DNA from: Octopus vulgaris
Lineage: Eukaryota
Assembly: GCA_951406725.2 (NCBI GenBank)
Contig: OX597835.1
Coordinates: forward strand, 2,976,001-3,040,000
Direction of reading: 5' to 3'
Length of the DNA: 64,000 nt
In this document: one piece after another, positions 29,139 to 42,659 of the stretch
How positions within the stretch are numbered: position 1 is the stretch's first letter
Layout: each line of letters opens with the position of its first letter
The notes under the pieces: model-generated
What the model saw: the letters and a program-made list of their open reading frames with translations, nothing else
The model's database searches: none
Told to the model about the DNA's origin: nothing
Position numbers and translations under genes: made by a program

Positions 29139-29919
29139 AGATAAGGCAAGAAAGAAAATAATATTTGTTCCCATAGCTTCGAAGTTGCGATCATGAAGCA
29201 GGTAGAAGTGACTGGTTTAGTATCCATGCATGTCAAAGAATTGGAATAATATCTTATAGTCTGTAAACACTCGAAATTCGATCTCACTGCAAGGCCTAGC
29301 AATCCCTTGAATCACTTTTAGCAGTGTCCTGCATTTTCATGCAAGCTCAGTTCTTTTTCCTTTACTTTGTTTCTGGGTACATTGTGTGAGAATGAGAGTG
29401 TCGATCTATTTTACGCTCAAATCTTTCTAATTCTAAAAAAAAACAAAAAAAATCTTGCAGTAGTATAGCATCTGCCAGGCACTCGTCAGATTTACTTGAA
29501 CTATCATGTGTATGTCAGTGTGTATGCGCGCGCGCGTATTTTTATCATTTTCATAGTTTTCAATATCAGTTCTTGATATATATAAAATACAAAATGGGAC
29601 AAGAACGCAAAGCATTCTGACAATTAAGTGATACAAAAAGGGACAACAAAACATCCAGATAGACGATACACAGAAAACAAGGACGGGTCATTCGAAGTTT
29701 TCTATCTTCAGTCAAGAACCAGTTTATCCTCGCAATTTCGGCTGATTGTTCTTCAGATTGCTCCAATCTGGCCAGTTTGCTCGGAAACGGCGTTTTTTTT
29801 TTGTGGGATTCGATCCTGCCCCGCGGAGAATTGGGCAAATATCATTTGGCGTTTCTTACGCCCGAAAGATACTTTGGGAGTGTAATTAGGTTGACATAAA
29901 CGCCGCAGAAGCCCCCATC

Positions 29920-29957
<38 letters not shown>

Positions 29958-29958
<1 letters not shown>

Positions 29959-30723
29959 GAAATTCGGGGTGAGTACTTGATAATTATAAGCACCTGTGTA
30001 TACCGTTTGGTGGTGTAGGTGGTGGAGTAAATTGATCAAAATAAAAATAAAAACATGAGGCGAAGGATTCAGCGGTACATATGTTTCGGGCCTTTATTAG
30101 ACAGATTTATAACAAAGTATAATGTATGTCTGTGGCCTTCTTCAGCCGCGCACAACAGCTTCCACAAGGACATGTGTTACATCAAAAATTCTTGGTTGGG
30201 GATGCAAATCCTCTCGTTCACGTACGACATAATGCGGCAGCAGCATAGAATTGAAGCGTCCATCTCTTTCTTCTCTCAATGTAGAATGAGGAAACTTGGA
30301 TGTTGAGGTAATGTAAATAAATAAATACGTATATAGAGGTGAAGATGGAGGGGCGAGAGTTCGGGACGAGGGATAAAAAATATATATAAAAAATGTACGT
30401 ATGGAATAATATAAAAATGTAGAGGATAAAGATATAAAGAGTTGTAAGGAGATGTAAAGGGGGTATAAAGAAATATAAAGAAATATAAATAAATGTAAAG
30501 GCATAAGGTTGTAAAGTAAAAATAGAAATGGAAATAATAGTAAAAGAAGTAAAAGAACCTGATAAAAACATGATGAAAGTGTAAAAGAATGTAAAGATAA
30601 GGGATGTATAGAGGTCGCGGACCAAGCATGGTGGTCACAGATCTGCTACTACAGACGTGGTTAAAATGCTGCGGGAACGAATTGCAGCATGGATTCTTCA
30701 AGCTAGGCCAACCTCTCCAAGCT
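29958..30723 (-). mobile_element. Hammerhead-bearing ~765 bp module embedded in (TA)n
   Basis: (TA)n on both sides; contains the motif at 30072-30149; its right 88 bp duplicates 28433-28520. Confidence 0.75.
30072..30149 (-). ncRNA. Type-I hammerhead ribozyme motif
   Basis: Minus strand: GCGG-CTGAAGA-AGGCC-(~40 nt)-GGCCC-GAAA-CATATG-TA-CCGC. Confidence 0.85.
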
Positions 30724-30742
30724 TATATATATATATATATAT

Positions 30743-30780
<38 letters not shown>

Positions 30781-30784
30781 ATAC

Positions 30785-30815
<31 letters not shown>

Positions 30816-31380
30816 CATATATACGCATACATATATATATATGCATTTTCTTTTAACCATACAGAAATGCTTGCGCGCCAAACCAATGCAATGTAAAATA
30901 ACTAAACCATATGGAAATTTGTAAAAATATAAGAAAAGTGATGTCGTTCTTTTGTGGTTGATAAACAATTAGATTCCGTAATATTGCAAAATCTTTGACA
31001 AATCTTTTAGCTAATTGTTTTATTTTAAACTTGCCTTCTTTGCAATTGCAGATAGTTTGCGACCACTGCCACAATGACAACCACCACCACTACAGCCGCC
31101 AACACCAACACAATCGCCAAGTTGTGCTACCACTACGTACATCGCTAAGACCATCAATATCTCTGGATCTCTCTCTTTCTCTCTGTCTTTACCTATTCAC
31201 ACTCACACACACACATATAGGCACGCACACATGTATACTTACACACAAACACACATACACATACACGCATATGTATACGTATCCTATCTATATGTATTTG
31301 CATATGTTTAAATATATATATATATATATATCTATATCTGGATGCATATATGTATATACGTGTGTGTATGTGTGAGTATG

Positions 31381-31425
<45 letters not shown>

Positions 31426-31466
31426 GGATGCATATATGTATATACATGTGTGTATGTGTGAGTATG

Positions 31467-31541
<75 letters not shown>

Positions 31542-31659
31542 ATATGTATATATGTATATGTATATATATATGTGCATATATGTATATATATAAATGTATA
31601 TATACATACATATATATATGTATGTATATATATATATGTATATATATGTATATATATAA

Positions 31660-31743
<84 letters not shown>

Positions 31744-32359
31744 CAGTTAGTATGTGTATGTGTGTGTTTCTTCGGTAATACCCAATTAGCTGCCAATACA
31801 CTGCATATCCGGTATCCCAGCTCTCTCTCTCTCTCTCTCTTCATATTTCTCTCACCTGCCTCTCTCACATCCTCTGACTATCAGCACGTGTGCAATATGC
31901 ATTTCAATTTCACATAGCGATGCACATCGACAATATAGTAATTGCCTGTTTGTTGGCAAATCATCTTGATCCGTTTTTCCCATTCCGATAATATAGAAAA
32001 TTGGAGAGGTCGTGAGCGGGGAAAAACAATTTCTTACACGCAAACGGCTTTACATCTTCTCTTTCAATATTACTTTATTCATCAGTGAATATGAATTCTT
32101 CTTCTTTTGCGACTTCATTTCCATTTGTTTCCTTCTAGATGCATGTGTTGCTATTTATTTACTTATGAATTTCCACCCGCGTGGTTTCGTCATTTCATTT
32201 CTGTGTGTGTTTCTATCAATGTATATATACGTGTGTACTTTTGTATGTGTGTGTGATTGTATATACATATATCTATGTGTGTATCCATTCCTGTAGGTGC
32301 ATGATATATATATATATATAGAAATGTATGTATGTATGTATATATATGTATATATATAC

Positions 32360-32426
<67 letters not shown>

Positions 32427-32570
32427 CTCCTGTAGGTGCATGCAATATATATTGTTGCACATATACGCATATACACGCAAACGCATAGACACATACAAAA
32501 ATACAATACGTATAATCGAAAGATAGATACATAGATAGACAGACAGTCAAACAGACAGAGACTCAGACAA

Positions 32571-32624
<54 letters not shown>

Positions 32625-32756
32625 GGATGGATAGATAGATGGATGGATGGATAGATTGATGGATGGATAGATGGATGGATGGATGGATGGATAGATATCA
32701 TAAAACATTTTTTGATATTTATACTTAATTTTAAATTATTTTGTGCATCCCCACTT

Positions 32757-32825
<69 letters not shown>

Positions 32826-33520
32826 ATAATAATAATAATAATAACACTGCTGCTGCTGCTGCTGCTACTCGGTTTTCTTTAATCTTTTCTGTTGCTTTCA
32901 TTGTAGTTTAGCTTCCAAGCGTGCCTTCTACGTTGAATGTTTTAACTTATTTCTTTTAACTATCCCCATATTTACTTCTTGGAATGTTGTTTCTTACCTC
33001 CTCACTGTGTCACTTCAGTATTCCTCTATTTATTCCTTATTCCTATATTTATTCCAGTTCAATACGTAACATCAATGGAACACCATCCAGAAATGCAACT
33101 GGCTTAAAATGCTTTGAAGTCCTAGAATTTTCAAAAACCGAATGCTTTGAAGGTTGCACGCTTAGAAATATGATCCATCTCCATATTGCCTAAGTTTTTT
33201 CGAGTCGAGTTACTTTTACTTTTTCAAGAAAAAATAAACGAATATCTTTATTAGGCATAAATTGGGGGTTTCTTTTGGGGTGTGCATCTAATATGAATAA
33301 AATATCTCTAAATTGGCCCATAGCTAGATCAAAGGCAGACTGCTCAGACATAGACAACACCACATATCCACCAACCACGCATTGCAATGCAGAAACCGCT
33401 GTGTATGAAATGATTTTGATGTCTACAGAATCTAGTGGAGCAACGATCGTAGAAAATGTGGACCTTTCCAATACCGGATTCAACAACCACAAGTTATCGT
33501 TGAATATCCATGAGGATCAA

Positions 33521-33918
33521 AGCGGCCGAACTGGCAGAAACGTTAATACGCCGGGCGAAATGCTTAGCGGTATTTCGTCTGCGTTACGTTGTGAGTTCAA
33601 ATTCCGCCGAGGTCGACTTTGCCTTTCATCCTTTCGGGGTCGATAAATTAAGTACCAGTTACGCACTGTGGTCTATGTAATCGACTTAATACCTATGTCT
33701 GTCCTTGTTTGTCCCCTCTGTGTTTAGCCCCTTGTGGGTAATAAAGAAATAGGTATTTCGTCTGTCTTTATGTTCTGGGTTCAAATTCCGCAGAGGTCGA
33801 CTTTGCCTTTCATCCTTTCGGGGTCGATAAATTAAATACCAGTTCCGTACTGGGGTCTATCTAAATGACTAGCCATCCCCCCAAATTTCGGGCCTTGTGC
33901 ATAGAGTAGAAAAGAATA
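33521..33918 (+). mobile_element. SINE type A dimer
   Basis: Head ctggcagaaacgttaatacgccgggcg, B box gagttcaaattcc; the second unit starts after aaagaaatag|gtatttcgtctg. Confidence 0.92.
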
Positions 33919-34586
33919 ATCATGATGGTCAGAATGTCGCAGCTCTAATGAGCAATGGAGCCTGAGGGAGAACATTGTACATGACTATATCACATGGAAT
34001 ATTTAGTAACATGCAACTCGTACCTTAAAAGCAGATCCATGTGCAGGGCCTGCGTAGCTGAAACAGAGGAGTAGTGAAGAGCTTCCTTCATGCAGGGGTC
34101 TTTTACTCTGTAAAAGTGAGGCATTTTGCTCCTACCGTCATGAGCATACATACACCTTTGCAAATTAGACAACCTAACCATTAATATCAGGTGTTGGATC
34201 TCCCCACTCCATCGGGATTACCTCTCATTGCAGTCCTTGAAATAATTACGCCTGTCCCCCAATCATCCAGTGTTGAAATATAAACCCCCCCCCCATATAT
34301 ATATATATATACGTATGTGTAGATATATATTGGTATGTGTAAGATTGCTACACGGATGGTAGTCGAACACCGGTCACGTGGAAGGTGAGGGGAGAGTTAG
34401 GGGCAGAGGGGTTGAAAAATTAGGGAGGGACGAGAAAGAGAGAACAGAAAGGAAAGGGACAGAGTGAGGTAAAAGAGGAGGGGAAGTGAAAATGAAGGGA
34501 AGGCCAAGAAATGTGAGGAGTTGCAGCCAGAAAAAGAAAAGAACGAAGAAAGACTGAAGGGAGCGGAAAGAAAAAGTAAAAGAGCT

Positions 34587-34882
34587 AGGCGCAGGCGGGG
34601 CTGTATGGTAAGAAATTTGCTTGACAGTCACATGGTTACGGGTTCAGTCCCACTGCTTGGCGCGTTCGGCAAGAGTCTTCTACTATCACCTTGGGCCAAC
34701 CAAAGTCTTGTGAGTGGATTTATTAGACGGAGACAGAGAGAAGCCAGTCGTATATATATGTGTGTGTGTGAGGGGTGTCTATAGATGTGTCTGTATTTGC
34801 CCCCCCCCATCATTGCTTGACAACCGGTGTTGCCGTGTTTAATTTCCCATGACCGAGCTGTTCGTCAAAAGAGCCCAATAGA
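34587..34882 (+). mobile_element. SINE type D, 3'-truncated
   Basis: aggcgcaggcggggctgtatggtaag...gggttcagtcccactgc. Confidence 0.85.
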
Positions 34883-35062
34883 ATGCACACACACACATAT
34901 ATACGACGGGCTTCTTTCAGTTTCCGACTACCAAATCCACTCACAAGGCTTTGTTCGGCCCGTGGCTATAGTAGAAGACATTTGCCCAAGGTGCCACGCA
35001 CTGGAACTGAACTCGGAACCATGTGGTTGGTAAGCAAGCTACCTACCACACATCCACTCCTG
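34883..35062 (-). mobile_element. SINE type D 5' half, inverted relative to the adjacent copy
   Basis: tacgacgggcttctttcagtttcc...ggaaccatgtggttggtaagcaagctacctaccacac. Confidence 0.87.
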
Positions 35063-35654
35063 TATAAATGGATATGAATACGTGTATACTTGTTTGTAGC
35101 AAGGTCAGACAACATTGCGAATCCACCCGGGGTGTTTAACTGCCAGAATTCCACAGAACTAGTAGAACACTGTCTGAATACCAGCAATTATCTTTAAAAT
35201 TCATCAATTCGAACTTTACAATAATCCTTACATAATTATGATACCTCGAACATAAACAAGATTTTATTTTTCTATGTGTGTTATTAGTTTTAATTACATG
35301 GTAAAATATTTTTTTTAAATCAGTACGTTTAATACTTTTAATTCCAGCTAATTGCTGCCAATAAAAACGATATCATTTTCCCAGCCATTGACACTCGACA
35401 CACACGTTTATCGATTCAGGCAAGAATTCTTTTTTCTTTTATTTTCTAAACACTTCAATATATTGGAACAAACTATAAATTTTCGAGGGAACACATATAC
35501 GTCTACGAGAATGCATAGGTACGTGTTGATACATACATACATGAAAACACACACACATACACGCACACACGCATATATATTAGTCTAATGACTAATTTGT
35601 CTTTTGTGCTTGGCCACTGGTAGTAATCTATGTTATTACCCTTTTTTGATTATA

Positions 35655-35695
<41 letters not shown>

Positions 35696-35956
35696 GCATA
35701 TGCATACATTATATGTGTACACACAAATACATTGATACAAATACATGTACATAAACATATATATATATACGTATATATACTAAAATGCACACTCTCGCGC
35801 GCGCACACATGCACACACACACATACAGAAACACGCACACACATATAATAATAACTACCAGACTTTTAAAGTACTGTCTGCAACTATTGATTTTTGAACT
35901 TAATTCAAGTTTGAATATGTATGTACGTATGTATGTATGTATATATATATATGTCT

Positions 35957-36022
<66 letters not shown>

Positions 36023-36384
36023 TTGTAGAAATATAAATATAGATGCAAATATTCATTTGCACATACATACAGACAGATAGAGAGAGACAGAGGAAGAGGG
36101 TGAGAGAAAGAGGGAGAAAGAAGGACAGAGAGTCAAAGAGAGCGGGAGAGAGGGGCAGAAGAGCGACTAAACGAAAAAAATTTCGTAAATAACTCTGTGT
36201 TCATGTGGGAGGGGGGAGCTGTGTGTATTCACAAAACAGCCAGACTCATAGACAGACTCATAGACACATACGCAGGATCTAAAAGTGAGGGTGAGAAAGA
36301 AAGAAATGTCCCAAAAGTTAGTCAAGAATCGCAGTGGAGTCTATATACATATATGTGTGTGTGAGTTTGTTTATATATGCGTGT

Positions 36385-36479
<95 letters not shown>

Positions 36480-36483
<4 letters not shown>

Positions 36484-36673
36484 ACAAGAAAACAAAAAAC
36501 ACAACAACGCGAGGAAGTGGAACAAATAAAGTATTATTGGACGCTCAGGAAAGAAGGAAAGAAGGAGGGTTTAACGTTTCGAGCGGAGCTCTTCGTCGGA
36601 AACATAGGAGAAGGAAAGATCCCGAGAAGTGAAGACGGAGGAAAAAATCGCCAACGGTACTCACGAGGTCACA
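36480..36673 (-). mobile_element. Family E copy 2 with hammerhead motif (36569-36603)
   Basis: Plus strand gtttaacgtttcgagcggagctcttcgtcggaaac is the exact reverse complement of 13950-13984; (TA)-rich flanks. Confidence 0.88.
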
Positions 36674-36745
36674 TATACATATATACATATATATATATAC
36701 ATGTATATACATGTATAGGCACACACACACACACACATGTATATA

Positions 36746-36790
<45 letters not shown>

Positions 36791-37101
36791 ATGTATGTAC
36801 ATATGTATGCTTATACATATGGCGTCAGTCTATTTGTGCTTTTGTGTCTATAGATGTTTGCTTGTTTGTGAAGAGTGCAAATCCCACGCGCCAGAACCGA
36901 AGAACCATGAAAACATAACAAAGCAGCAGGAAGACATGTTTGTTTCAAATTTCCAGCAAATTAATTTTGTGTTACTTCAAAGAAAAACTCCATCGTTCAA
37001 GTATAATTAATTATTAAAATATCCTCAACTTAATCTAATCTCTGGAACTATCAATTCTTTTTTTTTGTCTTTTACTACATCACTTTTTTAATCCCTTTCT
37101 C

Positions 37102-37198
<97 letters not shown>

Positions 37199-37370
37199 AT
37201 GCCCAGATGTATAATACATATATATATATATTCATAGATATATACATATATATATGCATAGATATATACATACAAGCATGTACAATTCTGTTTCTGTTTC
37301 CCTAGTTCTCTTTGTCTTTCTATCAATATATCTATCTGCTAGTCTATCTATCTTTCTATCTATCAGTCTG

Positions 37371-37438
<68 letters not shown>

Positions 37439-37447
37439 CCTATCTTC

Positions 37448-37484
<37 letters not shown>

Positions 37485-38070
37485 CATCCATCTATCTATC
37501 TATCCATCCATAAACCTTCAAAAGAAAAGCTCTACCTTGTAATTTGTTCTATCTGTGTGCAGCCCTGTGTGGCTAATAAAGAAACATATCCATCCATCTA
37601 TCTATCCATCCATCTATCTATCCATCCATCTATCTATCTATCCATCCATCTATCTATCCATCTATCTATCTATCTATCCATCTATCTATCTATCTATCTA
37701 TCTATCTGTCTCTGTCAATCTTTCTCTAAACTTTCCATCAAGCTACCGTTATGCCCACGGCTTATTAACGGATGCCATTTCTATCTTTGCTCACCAATCA
37801 ATTGATAACTCTTTTAATATTCCTGTTTATCTATCTGTAACTATCTTCCTATATCTTTCTCTCCCATGTTTCCTCTTTTCTTCCTCTTCTGTCTCGCTCT
37901 CATTCCATACATTCTCTCTCTCCCTCTCTCTATTATTAATTCTCTCTTTCTTTCTCTCCATTCCCTCTCTCTTTAATTAATTCTCTTTTTCTTTCTCTCC
38001 CTCCCCTCTCTCTATTATTAATCCTCTCTTTCTTTCTCCCTCCCTCCCTCTCTCTCTCTCTCGCTCGCTC

Positions 38071-38172
<102 letters not shown>

Positions 38173-38443
38173 GACTCTTTATCTACATCTATTGATGCAA
38201 GCAATCTTCTGTTAATAATTAATGAGATACAGATTATTATCGTCATTAAAAATCGTTCGATGAGAGATAAATTTCTGTAATTAAAATTTTAATATAATTA
38301 CCTAATTAAACGATATTCTCGAGTTGGCATCCGTTGTATTTAGTGCAGCTGATAACTATTCAATCTCACTTTCCTAAGTTTACCTGTGAATACCTGAATT
38401 TAGTGACAGATAAATTTAGGGCGTGCTAAAAAGTATTGTGTGC

Positions 38444-38508
<65 letters not shown>

Positions 38509-38692
38509 GGTGCATGGCTTGATGTATAGGGAGTTGCACTTACAATTGCAAGATCTACCAAATATTTTTGCTGTTTTAACGGCGTTTCTGCGTTCGAAAA
38601 TAAATCATCTTATTTGTATCTTACAATATACATTTCAACGCTTATAAAAGGCAAATGCTTGTTTATATTGATATACGCGTAGTGTATATATA

Positions 38693-38895
38693 TGATCTCT
38701 TGAGCACCACCAGCAAAAATATTTTTTTCCTCTGTCTTCCCTTCTTGGGATCTTTCCTTCTCCTTGTTTCCGACGAAGAGCTCCGCTCGAAACATTAAAC
38801 CCTCCTTCCCTTCTTTCCTGAGCGTCAAATTATACTTTAATTGTTCCACGTCCCCGCGTTGCTTGTTTTTTTCTGTGTTTTCTTGTTTGGATTAA
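38693..38895 (+). mobile_element. Family E copy 3 with hammerhead motif (38766-38800)
   Basis: gtttccgacgaagagctccgctcgaaacattaaac (one stem III substitution); followed by (TA)n. Confidence 0.88.
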
Positions 38896-38953
<58 letters not shown>

Positions 38954-38989
38954 GTGTGAGTAAGTATCTCATTTACTTCTTTGCCACAT

Positions 38990-39045
38990 GTATCACTGAC
39001 GAAGGGAGGGTTCTTTTTGAACTAACCCTGAAATCGGTCCGATAT
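38990..39045 (+). ncRNA. Type-I hammerhead ribozyme motif, slightly decayed, in module 38951-39195 between (TA)n
   Basis: GTATCA-CTGACGA-AGGG agg GTTC tttt(t) GAAC taa CCCT-GAAA-TCGG-TC-CGATAT. Confidence 0.75.
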
Positions 39046-39262
39046 GGTAATAATGGGATTTTTGGGAAATTTCTTTCGGCCTTTTTCCGAGTAGCGTGCG
39101 CATTGGAAAAAGATTATATAGTAAATGGACAATAATGTACAATTTTCGACATATTTGGCATTAGAAATTTTTTCGTTTCCCCTTATTTATAAGTTATATA
39201 TATATATATATATATATGTGTATATATATATATATACACGCGTGTGTGTGTGTATGTTTTTA

Positions 39263-39333
<71 letters not shown>

Positions 39334-39367
39334 TTATATATATATATATATAAATATAAATATAAAT

Positions 39368-39408
<41 letters not shown>

Positions 39409-39674
39409 AGTAACATACACACATGGACACACACATATATATACATGCGTACGTGGACACAATTACATGCGAAAAGTAATCCCATTCAGTCGTGTATATA
39501 TGCACATGCAAGCACCTGCATATATGTACCCATTAACTTATTCACGTTGTCACAAACTCTTGGGACTGTTTTTACGCCAATGAAAACAGCCATCTTGTCA
39601 CTATGATAGCGACCGGTTTGAAATCTGGGAAGTCCTTAAATGACCCTCAATGGGAAACACGCTTATATATGTAT

Positions 39675-39784
<110 letters not shown>

Positions 39785-41691
39785 TCAAACAGATATACAG
39801 AATCACTTGACTTCTACAAGAAATAACTGAAAGGATTGTAAATCTAGTAGAATAGCAATATCTCGAAACCTTTGAAACGTTTCTGATAATTGGTGAAAAT
39901 TAAAGTAATTTGCAGAGACCTTTCGAGGCTTAGAGCAAGATAAATCATATCAGGTCTCTGAACATTCAGATTTTAGTGCAAATTTCTTGTCATATGAAAA
40001 GGCTGAAAGGAAAGATTTCATAGAGATATTTAAATCTGATTTGAAAGTTCTACGTATTGTGCAGCTTTCTTATTACTAGTTGAAGAACCCACTTTCAATT
40101 CCCACAAAATGGCAATCATAACGGGATTGAGAGATGTAACATTTGATGTTGGAAGGAAGTAGTTATAAAAATTAATGAAATGTATGTGTAATACCTGTAA
40201 GGACACTGAAAATTATAGAAGTTTCGGATTCAGGCAAAGCGTTTCTCATGAAAGGGAATAGAGAGAACAGATAAGAAAAAAGAATTTTAAAAAGCAAGAA
40301 AATAGGTGGGGAAGAAACCACGCGTTGTAATACAAGAGTTATGGTAATAATGGATTAAGGAAGTGGGCAGTTAGATAAGAGGTTGCTAAGAAGATGAGAG
40401 GCTGAAGAAGGGTGGGGGTGGGGGGTTAAGATGTCGAACAAACGTAAAAATACTATTAAATAGCGACAGAGCCTGTGTTTGTGTGTGTTTATTAGTGTAT
40501 GTATGTATCGCTGTTTGTGTGTGTGTGTATGAGTTTTCGTGCAACTGTGTATGTGGGTGTGTATACAATATGTAGCTACATGTTTGTTCATGTATAGGTG
40601 TTGAAGAACCGAGTGCTGAGGTGCTCCATGTCGAGTTTCCTTGTTCTGCTTTTAGTTCAGAGAGATTCTATTGAAACGGCTGAGCTTCAGCATCCAACAC
40701 ATGGTACCCATGGTACCGACGAGTAGCTTTCTTAGTTTCGAACCCTACATCATCTCACCTTGCATTGAATCGCCTAAGCTGGTTCTTCTTTCACTTCTCT
40801 CCTACATGTAGATTCGGGCTTGATAGATCTGACAAGCTAGAAATAACAGCCAAACCTCTCTAGCGACTCAACTTACTGTCTTTCAACTTGAAAAAGAAAA
40901 CATGAAATAATGTGATACAAGATATCCTAAAAAAGACAGGGTGATCACGGCTGAAACGCCCTTGGTCACAGATTTCTTATATTAGATCTGATATCGGTCG
41001 AAACAAAAGCAAATAATCGAACAGAAAATCTGATATTGTGTTAACTAAATACAACATACGCAAACATAGATATGGGGACGTTTTGTAAATATTTGAATAT
41101 TATTTATGTCCACTAAATTAAGAAATTGATTTACAGATACCATTTAGGATTCTTTTCATTGGCAATTAGTTAACCATAACACACTGCAACATCAAACTAT
41201 CAATTAATTCAAATATATTCTATTTATATCCTCTTTGGGATGGGATGGGATGGATTTCGAAACTTTGTCAGGTATCATCTGGTTGGTTAGAGGTATGACT
41301 AAGCACTTCACCTCGCTTAACTTCCAGTTCATTAAGTTGAAGCTATAGCTTATAGCTGGGGTATTTCGAGCAATATAATATAGTAATTTCCTTCTTCTAT
41401 AACACCCACAACTAATTTTCACCTTTCTGCAATGTGTTATGTCTCCCGTCACTTTCAGATTCTCCTAAATATCTCCAGTTATGGTTCTGATTTATTTCTC
41501 CTACTTCAGTGTCTCCCACTCAGTTTCAGTTAATTTACCTCTTCTTATAATTACTTGGCTATATTTGACGACTCACGAACTAATTTCTATAAATTTAACA
41601 CATCTGTCTATTCTCGTAGACATTTTATGAAAAATTTTTAGCTGGTTTTTCTAATTAAATGATGTTTCTTGCTAATATTTTAAAGACCTCT

Positions 41692-42100
41692 AAGGCAGCG
41701 AGCTGGTAGAAACGTTAGCACGCCGGGCGAAATGCTTAGCGGCATTTCGTCTGCCACTACGTTCTGAGTTCAAATTCCGCCGAGGTCGACTTTGCCTTTC
41801 ATCCTTTCGGGATCGATAAATAAAGTACCAGTTCCGCACTGGGGTCGATATAATCGACTTAATCCCTTTGTCTGTCCTTGTTTGGCCCCTCTATGTTTAG
41901 CCCATTGTGGGCAATAAAGAAATAGGTATTTCGTCTGCCACTACGTTCTGCGTTCAAATTCCGCAGAGGTCGACTTTGCATTTCATCCTTTCGGGGTCGA
42001 TTAAATTAGTTCCATTTACGCACTGGGGTCGATGTAATCGACTTAATGTCCTTGTTTATCCCCTCTATGTTTAGCCCCTTGTGGACAATAAAGAAATAAG
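41692..42100 (+). mobile_element. SINE type A dimer (a third diverged unit follows at 42113-42268)
   Basis: aaggcagcgagctggtagaaacgttagcacgccgggcg...; junction aaagaaatag|gtatttcgtctg. Confidence 0.92.
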
Positions 42101-42659
42101 AATCTTTAACTAGTAGGCAAAATGTTTAGCGGTATTTCGTCCGAGTTCAACTCCGTCGAGGCTGACTTTGCCTTTCATCTTTTTGGGGTCAGTAAAATAA
42201 GTACCAGTCGATGTTATCGACTTTCCCCTCACTCGAAATTGCTGGCCTTGTGCCAAAATTTGAAACCAGTGTTATAAACTGTTGTTTACAATATCTCCAA
42301 AGTATTTATTAGTCTCATTAAGCAGATTTGTTAATATATTCAGAATTAGGTAGAAAATCGAAAGAGATTAAGAGTCTCTCAGGAATACTCCTCTAATTAA
42401 TAAGATGAGGGTTAGTTTTAATCATTTCCACTCTCTCTCTTGTAGAAATATGTTTGTTTTTAAGATGCTGTGTACGATATAGCATCTCTTTGAAGGTTGC
42501 CTTGTGAAGTAACTCCAAAACTAACACTGCGCATCATATACATCAGTACCAAAGAATGTGCTATTATATGATACATATATATACTTTGCTGACAATCATT
42601 CTATTCTAAGGATCGTCTTCCTCGTTTCGCCGTCTCCCATAAAAGTACTCTTCATCACT

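Noticed and set aside
29725-29760. Minus-strand CTGAAGA...GAAA in the TA-flanked module 29578-29920
   Set aside because: Stem II cannot pair and no NUH site or stem I follows; at most a relic.
39912-39960. Minus-strand cagagac-ctgata...gaaa-g-gtctctg
   Set aside because: Stem I pairs, but the core is broken and stem III is missing.
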